From: Trichinella spiralis
Lineage: Eukaryota
DNA: 64,000 nt
Direction of reading: 5' to 3'
Assembly (NCBI RefSeq): GCF_000181795.1
Contig: NW_003526941.1
Coordinates: 5,064,035-5,128,034, forward strand
Part shown: in pieces, positions 33,150-48,239 of the stretch
Numbering within the stretch: the first letter of the stretch is position 1
Layout of the letters: each line of letters begins with the position of its first letter
Position numbers and translations under genes: made by a program
The notes under the pieces: model-generated
What the model saw: the letters and a program-made list of their open reading frames with translations, nothing else
What the model was told of the DNA's origin: nothing
The model's database searches: none

Positions 33150-33797
33150 CTTTCAGAAATGGCCACTAACGTTTCACTTCATCCTTAAGACCCTATGATG
33201 CCATTGTATTGCCAATAGCACAGACTTATAGATCCCACTGTTTTTTATCATTGAGAAAATAACTCAATATCTCCATTAATGTTGTCATTATTGATAAATG
33301 AAGGAACGCCTGATTGTTTTCCGTGAAAGTTGAGTGAAGGAATGTGATTCACATTCTGACAACTTTCACCCCCTCCATCCTGCAAGTTCTCCCTCCTTCC
33401 TTCCTCTTTTGTTGTCCCGCCTTGCTTTCCAATTGAAAATTCTACCCACCCCTCCCCACAATTTCGAGCTGAATGAACTGCGCTTAGCTGATGTGATCTG
33501 ATATATATATATATATATCTATATATATATATATCTGATTTCTCTAAACTGCTATCATTTGATATAGTATAGTGATATATATGTGTGATGTCGTGAAATC
33601 ATGCCTAAGTTTGAAACGTTGCGTTACACAGTTTTTTTAAGTAGATATATCTCTAATTGTATGAAGCTGTGTTAACTCAGCGCTCAACAAAGTTAACAGT
33701 CTTGTAATAAGTTACCATATGAAAGCGGCAAGTTGAAATGAGCTTCCAAGCAGCATAGCCACTGGCATAACTGTTTGCCATCCCACTGCCTACGCTG
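33150..33797. other. Unique 648-bp contig between two gaps, with (AT)n and CT-rich tracts
   Basis: Flanked by N runs, no counterpart in copy A, no convincing ORF. Confidence 0.7.
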
Positions 33798-34094
33798 NNN
33801 NNNNNNNCGCCTAATATCATTAATTGCAACGTCAAATCATCAATATGCATTATACGTTATTCATCTGTAACTTAAATAATACTTATTTTGTGTCTGAGTA
33901 TGGAGAAATACGTCAAGGCAACAGAAAAAAAAGAACATTATAGCTGCGGGTTTTAAAAACAATAAAAGAGGTAGGCGGCAGCCGTTGAATCACCAATGAA
34001 TTAATACTATTATTATTATTATTATTATTATTGTTATTACTTATAGCTGCAATTGTTAAGCTGCTAGAAATAACTATGCCATCAATTTTCATTG

Positions 34095-35629
<1,535 letters not shown>

Positions 35630-36582
35630 GAATCGGTCCACTTACAAAATGTTACTCTTGGAAACCAAAGTCAACACTGTGGCATGGAATGAAAAGCTAG
35701 ATGACGCCAAAACAAATGTTCCACTCAGATGGGATAAATAAAGAAACTACCATACGACTAAAGGATAATCAAGACAAATTCACATTTATTTTCCTAAACT
35801 TCCTTTAAGAAAAATTTTCACTTTGTACATTTATTTTATTATTAAACTTATTTTTCAATAGAGATAATAAATATTTTTTAAATTATATTTCACTTTTATC
35901 ATTTGAAAGTTGGTAATTTATTTCATCTGTTAACTTGCTTTTTCCTGCTGATCAGATGTATTTTGTAACCAGCACATGTATTGAGAATGTGATTATTGAA
36001 ACCATTTTGAATTAATTTTTGACATAGATGTTATAGAAAAGTTGAAATATGACATCATTAAAAGGCAAATGAGCGCAACTTATAGAAATTAAACGTCCGG
36101 TAAGCATACGTTTCTGATTCAATTCACTTTTCTGTATTGGCTTCATTAATTTTAATTTAATTATTTCAAGTTATTCCATTTAAATTTCAAATAAAGAATG
36201 CGAATGCAATATTTAAAAATTGCTTTTTTTGATCACTATGACCGTAGTTTATTATACATTTAAATGTTTCCACATTTTAAAATTATTCGTGTTATTTATA
36301 AAAGTCTGAAAATATTCTTTTAAAATTTTAACATTTCATATAAAAATATAAATAAATATATTTCAGATAAAGCAACTTTATTTAAACTGAAATCTACAGT
36401 ACATATTTTACAGTATGCTTAACTGTAATTTTATTTTAATGAATTGGAATTTTTTGTAAATATTTCATCGGTATTACTTTTTCCGTCTGTCTTATTTTAA
36501 TAATTTCAGTTTAAGATAAGGCAGTAAAGATTTGATGAAAATTATTTTTTATTCATCAGTTTTTGAAACTTGAATATGAGAA

Positions 36583-37992
36583 ATGAGATTGTTGAAATAT
36601 TTCATCAATTCACGGTACTTTTCAACGACAGCTTCACTCTTTCCAAACATAATAAATTCTGGAAGAGCTATTGAATTGGATCCGTTCTTGCAACGGGAAA
36701 AGATCACAAAAACACCTGAACAGTTCGAAGGCAGTCGAAGTTTACGTGTGGCTGTACTGGGAGCACCGAATGCGGGAAAATCTATGCTAACCAATGCATT
36801 GCTTGGAGCACGTGTGAACGCTGTTTCAAAAAAAATAAATACAACTCAAAAAACTATGACTACAGTCTTCATTGATGATGTTAGCCAGCTTGTTTTCCTA
36901 GACACCCCTGGAATTGTTACCGGTATATTTCAAATTTTGTATAGACAATTCGGAAACTTTGATTTCGTTTAGGCAAGATAAGCAAAGTACACAAACTTCA
37001 GTCTAATTTGATACTTGATCCAGAAAATGCTCTTCATTCAGCGGAATACATTCTTGTGGTGTGCGACGTCAGCGACGATTATCGATCATATCGACTTAAT
37101 CCAAGAGTACAACATTTGCTATGCCGGTATCGTCATATACCTTCCTTATTGATATTGAATAAAATAGATTTAATTAAAAACAAAACCAAACTGTTGGAAA
37201 TTGTTTTGAAACTTTCAAAAGGAAAAGTGGACAAGAAACGAGTGAAAGTAATTAAATCTGAAATGGCAGTTTGTAAAAGGAGTGAAATCGAATCTGCCGT
37301 AAAAGCTTATGAACAAAGAGAAAAGGAGCACAGTATCAATGAGTACATTTTACTACACTGTATGTATATTAAAATATTGCAATAATAATTTCTGTTTTTT
37401 TCAGTTTGTCAAATTTGGAACTCGACGTTGATCCACAATTGCTGGAGCGACTGGTCCAAATGCCAGCACACAAAGTCGATCAGATACAGCTGCATCGTTG
37501 TTTTCGTCATGAAAAAGGCTGGCCATATTTTGACGAAGTATTCATGATCTCAGCATTATATGGTGATGGTGTGGATGATGTGCGTAACTTTTTGTTAAAT
37601 AAAACACGCGAAGCTGAATGGAACTATCACAGCAGTGTTGTGGCCGACGAAGATGCAGTATTTTTAGTTAAAGACATAATTCGTGCAAAACTGCTGGATC
37701 ATCTTCCCCATGAAATTCCATATTCTCTTCAATTAGAGGTAAAAGGATACAGTTTTGCATTACTTGGAAATGTAAATTGTACATTTCTTAGATAATCGTA
37801 TGGGAACAAGATGCGGCAGGTAATTTGTGCATTCGGTTAAATGTAATCTGTGAAAATTCTCGTTGGTTAAAAATAATAGTTGGCAAAGGTGGCGATCAGA
37901 TAAAGAAAATTGTCGAAGATGCTTCACAGGATTTGCGAAATTTGTTCATGCACGAAGTTTTCTTAATAATTGACGTTGTGCAAAGAAAATAA
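36583..37992 (+). CDS. ERAL1: Era-like GTPase, second copy or allele
   Basis: ORF translations identical to 6827-8236. Confidence 0.9.
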
Positions 37993-38132
37993 ATTTCGCC
38001 GCAGTAATGCAATAATAGTTCAGTTGGTAAAAGAGTTTTATTAACTTTTTGAAAGCAAAAAAGTATTTTACAATACTTTTTATAATATAATACAATTTAT
38101 TTATCTTTTAATAAGCAAATAACATTATAAAT

Positions 38133-38457
38133 TCAGGGAGCATCAGGTATATTTTCCAAACCCTTAAAATAAAGATATTAATCAGTATTGAAAAAAAATA
38201 AACCCAACTTACTTTCATCACAAATATATTTCCAGAAAGATACTCATCTCGTCGCAGTAAATAAGTTGTCCAAAAGTGATAGCGGTGCCGACGATATGGC
38301 TTAAAATTAAACATATACTATAGATTGATCAATTAACTATATACTATTTACTCACGCGTTTGACGTCTAGTTTGTTAAATATATAACTGACATAAAATGG
38401 AATTGTATAGCCAGTGACCACTGTGATAACAGCTGCTGGAATAGCTCTATACCACAT
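38133..38457 (-). CDS. NDUFA1: NDUFA1, second copy or allele
   Basis: Same three exons as 8377-8700. Confidence 0.85.
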
Positions 38458-39131
38458 CTAAAAGAAATTATTCTATGTATTTAACTCTTAAAAAGATGAA
38501 AATGTTCAGGCCAGCATTCATTTAAGCAGTTGCACATTGTGCATTGTTACTGTAAATTTCTTTGAGTAATAAAGTATACAATTTTTCATTTCAAATGATT
38601 CATTCATTTTTATATTAATCATAAGTAATTAATATAAAAATAAAAAATAAAATTCGTTATCAGTAACTGAAGTTACCGTAACCGAAACTTATGAACTTTT
38701 GCTTAGGTGGAAAAAATTAACTGTTGTCTAATAAAACATTTGATTTCAAGTATTTGATATTTTTATTCGTTGCTTATTGAAAATCCTCATAATAATTATT
38801 ATTAAACAATTTTTATATGTAATAAATTAAAATGTGATTGATTGTACATCTGCTCAAAGGAATATATTTCATATTTTATTCAACTAAACGTCTAACGGAA
38901 ATTTAATATCAGTTGAAATAACAAATTTATAATGAATTAAAATGATGGAAGTTAAATATTTTATGAAAAAATCGTAAGTTTCCAAAATGCTAATTCGAAC
39001 CTACATGCCATTTTTATACAGTGCACGTAGACATACGTGTATCTATTAATTTTAATTATCGTTTCATTGTGTTGTGAGAAAGATACTAAATCAGTTCTAA
39101 TTTTTTGAAATAAAGTTCTGAAAAATCCTGA

Positions 39132-41285
<2,154 letters not shown>

Positions 41286-41512
41286 NNNNNNNNNNGTTGC
41301 CTATTTTTTAAGTTAGAATTTTCGTTTGCACAAAATTTAGGTGGACGTTTTAAAAATTGGTAATAATTCAAATTAGGTTTCTTTAATCACGCATTTATGA
41401 ATTCTTTATTTTCACAACCTTGAATATTTTTTAAACTACGGTAATATTTACATTTCACTTGCCATTGTGCAACTTCTGCAATCGACTTTTATTAATTGTT
41501 TGTTTAATAATA

Positions 41513-44111
41513 ATGGATGCAAGTGCTGATTCTTCCTCCAGCAATGTTTCATTTTCCACAGTAAAGGAAGTCAGTCGAAAGTTACTGTTTAGTGCTCTTG
41601 ACAAATGGAGCGGTTCGAAGGTATACCACGTGCCACTGAATAACAGTTTATCCTTCATGACATGGTATTTTTAAGACACTAGTTTGGGATGTGGATTTGA
41701 TGAATCCTTTCAATTTAATTACCGGTTTCAAAGAATTGCAAGTATGAATCAGATTGAATAATTTTAGTAATACATTTTTTGGGGTTTTAGGATCATCAAG
41801 TTGTGCAAATGTTACTTTTAAGGTTGGGTTCAGTTGTATCTGACCCTAGTTCAAGGATTGTATTTTTGATGCATCCTAAAGTGCGCTACGCAGCAGTCGT
41901 AGCCGACATTGTGCACAGCACGTTAAAACAATTTGACAACCCGCGATTTCATTTGATTTTTGTACCTCAAAGGTCTGTCATCTGTGAATATGAATTGAAA
42001 CGATACGATATTATTAAAAAATTATCCTCCATTGAACAACTGCCTATTTATTTTTATGCTTGGGATGATGATTTGATATCTATGGAAAATGAATGGTTTC
42101 CTGTGAGTTTTGTTTTTGCTTTCTCAGTTTACAGCCAATAATTAGCCACTGCTATATATGTTGATTGTTTATCATTGTGCAGAATTTCGTTTTGTTGAGC
42201 TGTCCATATTTTTATGTGATTTTAGCCTGATTTAGCACGCAACTGCCAGTGACGATTACAACATGATTTCAATGATATCTCGTGGGTTGATTCATTTGGA
42301 AGAAATTTACGGTCCCATCAATAACATATATTGTAAAGGCAACATGGCGAAAGTAAGTGAGTTTGTCTGTTTGGAAAATATTTTCTTATCTTGTATCTGC
42401 AGGATATTTACGATGCTTGGTCATTGCAACGGCAGACCGATAGTTGGCGTACATTGACAGCTTTCGATTCATACATTGATTCCATCATTATATTTGACCG
42501 GTCAATTGATTATGTCACACCGATGGTAACCCAGCTAACTTATGAGGGTTTAATTGATGAAATTTTTGGCATAAAATGTGGTAAGAAAATTATTGCTTGT
42601 TTTGAATTTGCTTTTTGTCTAAGTGAAACAAAATTGTTCGATCGTTTCAAGCGAGTGTGAAAATGCAGAAAATGGAATCGCTTGAAGATATTGAAGAAGC
42701 GAACAAGTCGCACGATTCAGTGGGCATTTTGTCGACCAGCAGCGGCAGTCAGGATCGAATACAAATTTCATTGAATTCAAAACAGTGTTTGTATTCTGAA
42801 TTGAGAGATTTGAACTTTCACGCAGTTGGTTCCACATTGAGCAAAAGTATCAAAGAAGTTTCACGTCAGCTTGATGCAAGTTCACTGTTTTGATTACTGT
42901 AATGTAATGACAACCAACAATGAATTGTGGTAATTTTGAACTTCAGCAAAGACATACGGCAAATTCGGTGAGAGAATACAAGGAATTTGTGAAAAAGCTT
43001 CCCACACTGCAGGCCAGTCGTTCCGCGGCTGCTTTGCACACCAGTGTAGCCGAATTGATCAAAGAAGTAATTGCGAGCGATGAATTTTCAAACACTTTAT
43101 CCTGCGAAAGAGGTATATTTGTACAATTTCAATTGAACATTACAAAAATGAATATGGTATATTTTCAAAGAATTTCTCAACTGTATCGATTCGAACAGTC
43201 TTTCAACTTTCATCGAACAATGCATAAACAAAAAGGAACCAATGTTGAAAGTGAACTTAATTTATTTTGGAATTTTTAACACTTATTTTTCAGGCTTTAA
43301 TATGTTTTTTTTCTAAGGTTCTGCGACTCATGTGTCTACAGTCATTGACGAACGCAGGTTTGAAAACGAAACTGTACGATCAGTATAGACGAGAATTTTT
43401 GCAGGTGAAGTTGAAATGATCGGCTGAACGATGTATGATTTATGATGTTTTTTCTTTTGTTTTTAGTCATATGGATATCAGTACTTGCTTTTATTTGTTG
43501 AATTGGAAAAGGTTGGTTTGTTTACGAAAAATTCAACCGACAACAGAAATCAAGCATCATCATATCCGAATATTAGAAAATTATTTGATTTGATAATCGA
43601 CAATCACACCAACGAACTGGTAAGTAGTAGTTATATTTCAGTTTAATCATGAAATTCTGCACATCAAGGAACCGAACGACGTGTCGTACGTTTACAGCGG
43701 ATATGCTCCTTTAATACCCCGGCTCTGTCAACAATGGGCGAAACCTGGTTGGACAGAAATTATGGACAATTTATCCAAAGTTCCTGGGATCACTAAGCTG
43801 GCAGCTGGTGATGAAAGTAATGTTTTTATAATGCGAATTACGCCAATATAGAGTTTCTTTTTTCAAATTTTCAGGAAGAATAAAATCGAAAAATAGAAGA
43901 AACATTGTTCTTGTGCTTTTTGTTGGTGGCGTAACTTCCGCTGAAGTTTCAGCTTTGCGGTTTTTGTCATCACAAGAAACAAGTGAATTCAATTACTGTA
44001 TATTATTTGATGAGTTTTTAATGCTTTTTTTTCAATTTTAAAGGCTCTCACTTTTTGGTGGCCACAACAAGTGTCACTACTGGAGAACGTCTTTTAGAAT
44101 GTTTAGCGTGA
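41513..44111 (+). CDS. VPS33: Sec1/Munc18-family protein VPS33
   Basis: [99 protein letters not shown]. Confidence 0.93.
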
Positions 44112-44539
44112 ATGGTAAAATTAACGTTTAAAAAACTTAAATTTCTGCAATGTTTGTTAAATAAAAATTGAAAAGTTGCATTTCAGAAATTTTGTTTGCC
44201 AACAGTGCCTACAACTATCGCGAAATTTAAAACAACATATTAAAAAAATTATTATTAAAATAATCATTACAAACGACACGTTAAAATAATTTTATATTAA
44301 GCAAAAAGGATACTGTAATCTGCAGGTAACATGTACTGTACTTTTGTAGTGCATGTCTGTATTTGGTTTTACGTTTCTTTCTTGCATTTCCAGTATTTAA
44401 TAATATTTAATTTATAGTTGTTGTGACAATGCAAGTTTTTATTTTATATAAACTTTAGCTTTTTGTCAACAAATAAGATTGATTTTAAAATAATACTTGA
44501 TTTAGTATTTAGGTTGATTTTCAGAAGATATGATTATAT

Positions 44540-44859
44540 ATGGATGATTTGAACTTTGCTAGCAAAGTTTCTGAAAATATCGCTATTGAACTTCCATCGG
44601 AAAGCTGGTTTGAACTGTTGGTACGCGTCGGTATTTATATTTCTGCGGCTTTTCAGTTGGTTTGTTTTGTCGTGTTATTTTACAGCCACTACCGAAGTCC
44701 AGCATCAAGCGAATATGTGATTGACTGTTGATTTTCCTAGTTGCTCTAGTTTAAAAGAGTTGTCCATTTTAGACCACACCGTCCACGGGCAATTGTTCAG
44801 CCACAAGAACTCCGCACAGGAAAATGCAATGTAAATTTGTTAAGAAAAAGAATAAATAA
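44540..44859 (+). CDS. MANBAL: MANBAL / UPF0239 small membrane protein (2 exons, 87 aa)
   Basis: Exons 44540-44716 and 44773-44859. ESWFELLVRVGIYISAAFQLVC resembles the UPF0239 core LLRYGLFLGAIFQLIC; Lys-rich tail. Confidence 0.85.
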
Positions 44860-44863
44860 TTGA

Positions 44864-46714
44864 ATGGACGAAGAAGTGAGACGAGAGAAAGTTTATTCCG
44901 CTTTATCTTTTGTGTTGTTTTTTGCATTCATACTGTTTCCGCTGTGGTGGAAGACTACGGAAGTGTATCGAGCTGATTTGCCGTATGATGAAATTCATAA
45001 TTTGTCGAAAATTACTTTTCAACTTTCAATTTTTGTTGATCTCGTCTGGATAGATTTGTCTGCCAAAAGTTCCGTAGAAAGAATACAAGCTAGGCTAGAA
45101 GAAGAATACAATTCGACACAAATTTCAGACAAAATGTTACTAACATACAAGTGAGTATTTTCAATTTTTACCATTGTTTTCTTTTTAAGTATATCATTTG
45201 GGGTACTGTTACAGTATGATTATATTTATGATAATTTGCAACTGTTCACAGATATAATGCCCGTAAAATTGATGACGACGAGTTGGGAAAATTTTTCGGA
45301 GATGGAAATTCAAGCAATTTGTTCAATGTCGAATCTGCCAGCGCGGATCTGCTGGGCAGTGTTCGAGTAATTTTCGTGTCGGATCAAATTGCACAACTGT
45401 TCGGTGAAGAGGTGGATCTTTTCCTCGGCTGCCATCAACAGGCGAGTTTGTTTGTTCGCGTTCAATTGGACGAGGAGGAAATTTTGAGAAAATTGACCCA
45501 AACGTTGAAAGGTGTGATTTTCAATGAACAACGGTTGGAGTGGATTGTCGCGAAAGCGTTTCACCGCAGTGTCGAACACGACGAGAGCGTGGGAAAGTTG
45601 CCAACAACGCTGACTGTAGTGAATCCGCTTAGAAATGAATACGCGTTGGAATTGTTCATCGTCGAGCCAACGCCGTCGGGACCTGTGCACGGGGACACGA
45701 ATGCAGAGCTCGAGATGCCGTTGTTGGACAAATTTTTGAGCAGACTCTCGCTGGTGATTTCTCAACAGTTATTGTTTGTTTGTTTATTTGTTGATTTGAT
45801 TTGATTTCAAGGTGACAAAAGTGAGCATGAATTCGCAAGTATTGTACGGTATTGATTTCCCAGTTTTGCCCGAACGAGATCCACGTGGCGATTATTTCTA
45901 TTACGATTCGAAACGTCTTCCCTATTTGATCAATCCGATGGAATCGTTCATGGGCTCTTACGTGACAACGTTGCCAGTTGTCCACTTGTTGGTCTATTTG
46001 ACGCCCGACGTGCACCGGCCTTTGTACATTTTGGACCCGACCGGGGTGGGGTCGTTGTACAACAGTTTCGTTGTAGCCGGCTGGGGTGGCGTGACCGTGG
46101 TCAACACTGCCGTCGAAGTGGAGGACACTTCCAAGCTGTCGCTGTCCGACAAGTTGAACAGCACCGACAGCCAGCTAGCGCTGATCGCTCTGCTGCGCCA
46201 GTATTTCGGAATCGACGACAGCACAACAACAGCCAATCCCGGGCAGGATTGGTTGCGCTTGAAACGCCGCCAGGCGGCGCTGTGTCCGTGGCAATTGCAG
46301 ACGTTGGCGTTGCACACGTGGGTCGACAGTACGCTGGACGCGTTGGTGACGGTCGGTTCGTTGCTGCGGCTGTTGGAGCGCATTTCGAATATCGTCATCG
46401 ACGACCACGTCGCCGACAGTATTGCCGAAGGTGTGGCCCAACTGTCGGCCAGCGTCGAAGCTTCTGGTGGCGGTGAGCGTGGTGGTGGTCTGGCCGAGGC
46501 GGTGGCGAGTTCGTGTCGAGCCGCCGGCGCGTTCGAGGCGGCCTTTTTCGACCACTCGTTGCTTTCTCTGTTGTACTTTCCCGACGATCAAAAGTACGCC
46601 ATCTATACTCCGCTGTTTTTGCCTCTCAGCTTGCCCGTGTTCATATCCGTCAGGCAAATTCTATCTTATTACTGTCGTTCGTACGCCAGTGGTGGTAAGG
46701 TTGAGAAAGAATAA
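44864..46714 (+). CDS. PIGS: GPI transamidase subunit PIG-S (3 exons, about 563 aa)
   Basis: Exons 44864-45150, 45252-45753, 45812-46714. PLWWKTTEVYRADLP, SQVLY, WGGV, ISNIVI, AFFDHSLLSLLYFPDDQKYAIYTPLFLP. Confidence 0.96.
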
Positions 46715-46969
46715 AAATTTGCATACTTTTTATTCCTGCCCTCAATTGGTTTTTGGTTTCTCTTCTCAGTTCATCACAAGATAGATAACAGGGAAATGAT
46801 AATAATAATAATGATCAATCGTCAATAATAACGAGAGAAAAAAGTAAAATAACAAGAAACAACAAGAAGAGAAGAAAAACCGACTGCAACGCAACGCACA
46901 CATACACACACGTATAAATCATATTGTTGCCGTTATTATTATTATTATTATTAATTATTGCTTCGGTTT

Positions 46970-48049
46970 TCAGTCGTCCGATGACGTGTTGTGACCATTG
47001 TTAGTTTCACCAGACGTTCGGATGGCAGTGTTGTTTGGTAGCAGTTCTTGTTGTTGTGTTTGCAATAATTTTCTCTTGGGCACCACAGTCTCGATCGCCA
47101 CTTGCCAACTTTTCGTTTCCGTGTAGCGCAGCAGAATTTCGAACACGTGATTGATGCTCAGCACACGTCTGGCGTTCATTTTGACGTGTTCGTCGATCGG
47201 CAAACGGGCGTGGGCCACTTGGCGTTGTTCGGCCAATTCCAAGCAACGTCCTTTGAGATGGTTGTGATCGACCAGGCCGCCAATTATGTACACTTTGCTC
47301 TCGTCCAGCTCGTGTACAACGTTCGGCGACTCGCTGGTCAAATAGACCACATTCCACCGGCCGAACAATTGCTCATAATCGTCTCCACTCAACAGAACAT
47401 CCCAGTTGTTGTTGCCGGGGATGTTGTCGAAATTCACCCTGCTAATACCTGGAGAAAAGGGAAAATATTTCTAATCTTGAACCAAAAAAAAAGTAATAAT
47501 AACGTTCACTCCCTATATAATCTACTCACCTCTGAAGTTGACCACGTGGAATTGGAGTGGATTTCTGGCACGACGATTCACCGCATAACACTGAGCCAGT
47601 TGGTTCAACGCTTTGCACAAGTCGCGCTCGTTCATCAAGTCGTCGAACGACATGTCAACGGCGACGCGCTGCCTACAGTTGGACAGTTCCATCGAGCTGA
47701 GTTTCAACAATCTGCGTTTCGACCTGCCGCCGGCCGACGACGGTTCGCCTCTAAGACGCGCCTCGACTTTGCGCTGCTTCCTCTTGGCCGCCTGCTCTTG
47801 GCGTCTAGCTTGGCGGCTCAACAGCCACCGTTCGCGTTTTTTCATCTTTTTCAGTTGATTTTTCGACACTTTCGAAGTCGTCCTGCCAACGTCCAAACTG
47901 CCCGTCCATTTCTCTTCTCGCCATTGGCCGTCGTTGTTGGTCGACAAGTTCGCCACGGCCTCACCGGAACACAGCGCCGATGATGAACTGTTGTTGTTGT
48001 TCAATACCGGGTCCAATTCCATTTCAGTTATTCCACTCTGCACTTCCAT
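46970..48049 (-). CDS. TRMT10A: tRNA m1G9 methyltransferase TRMT10A-like (2 exons, about 332 aa)
   Basis: Exons 48049-47530 and 47448-46970. VSKNQLKK, DMSFDDLM, QLAQCYAVNRR, VYLTSESPN, YIIGGLVDHNH, ARLPI, VLSINHVFEIL, VPKRK. Confidence 0.94.
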
Positions 48050-48239
48050 AATTCTTGAAATAGTAAACAAATTTTTGAAAACAACCAACAACAATGACAA
48101 AATAAATAAATATATAAACGGATATATCAAATCCATATGTGATGGAAAATTGAACCGGTTCATTTTTTTTCTTCGACAATAATTTTACTACTACTAGTAA
48201 GCATACTTTGACAAAAATGAATATGAATATTATATAATA

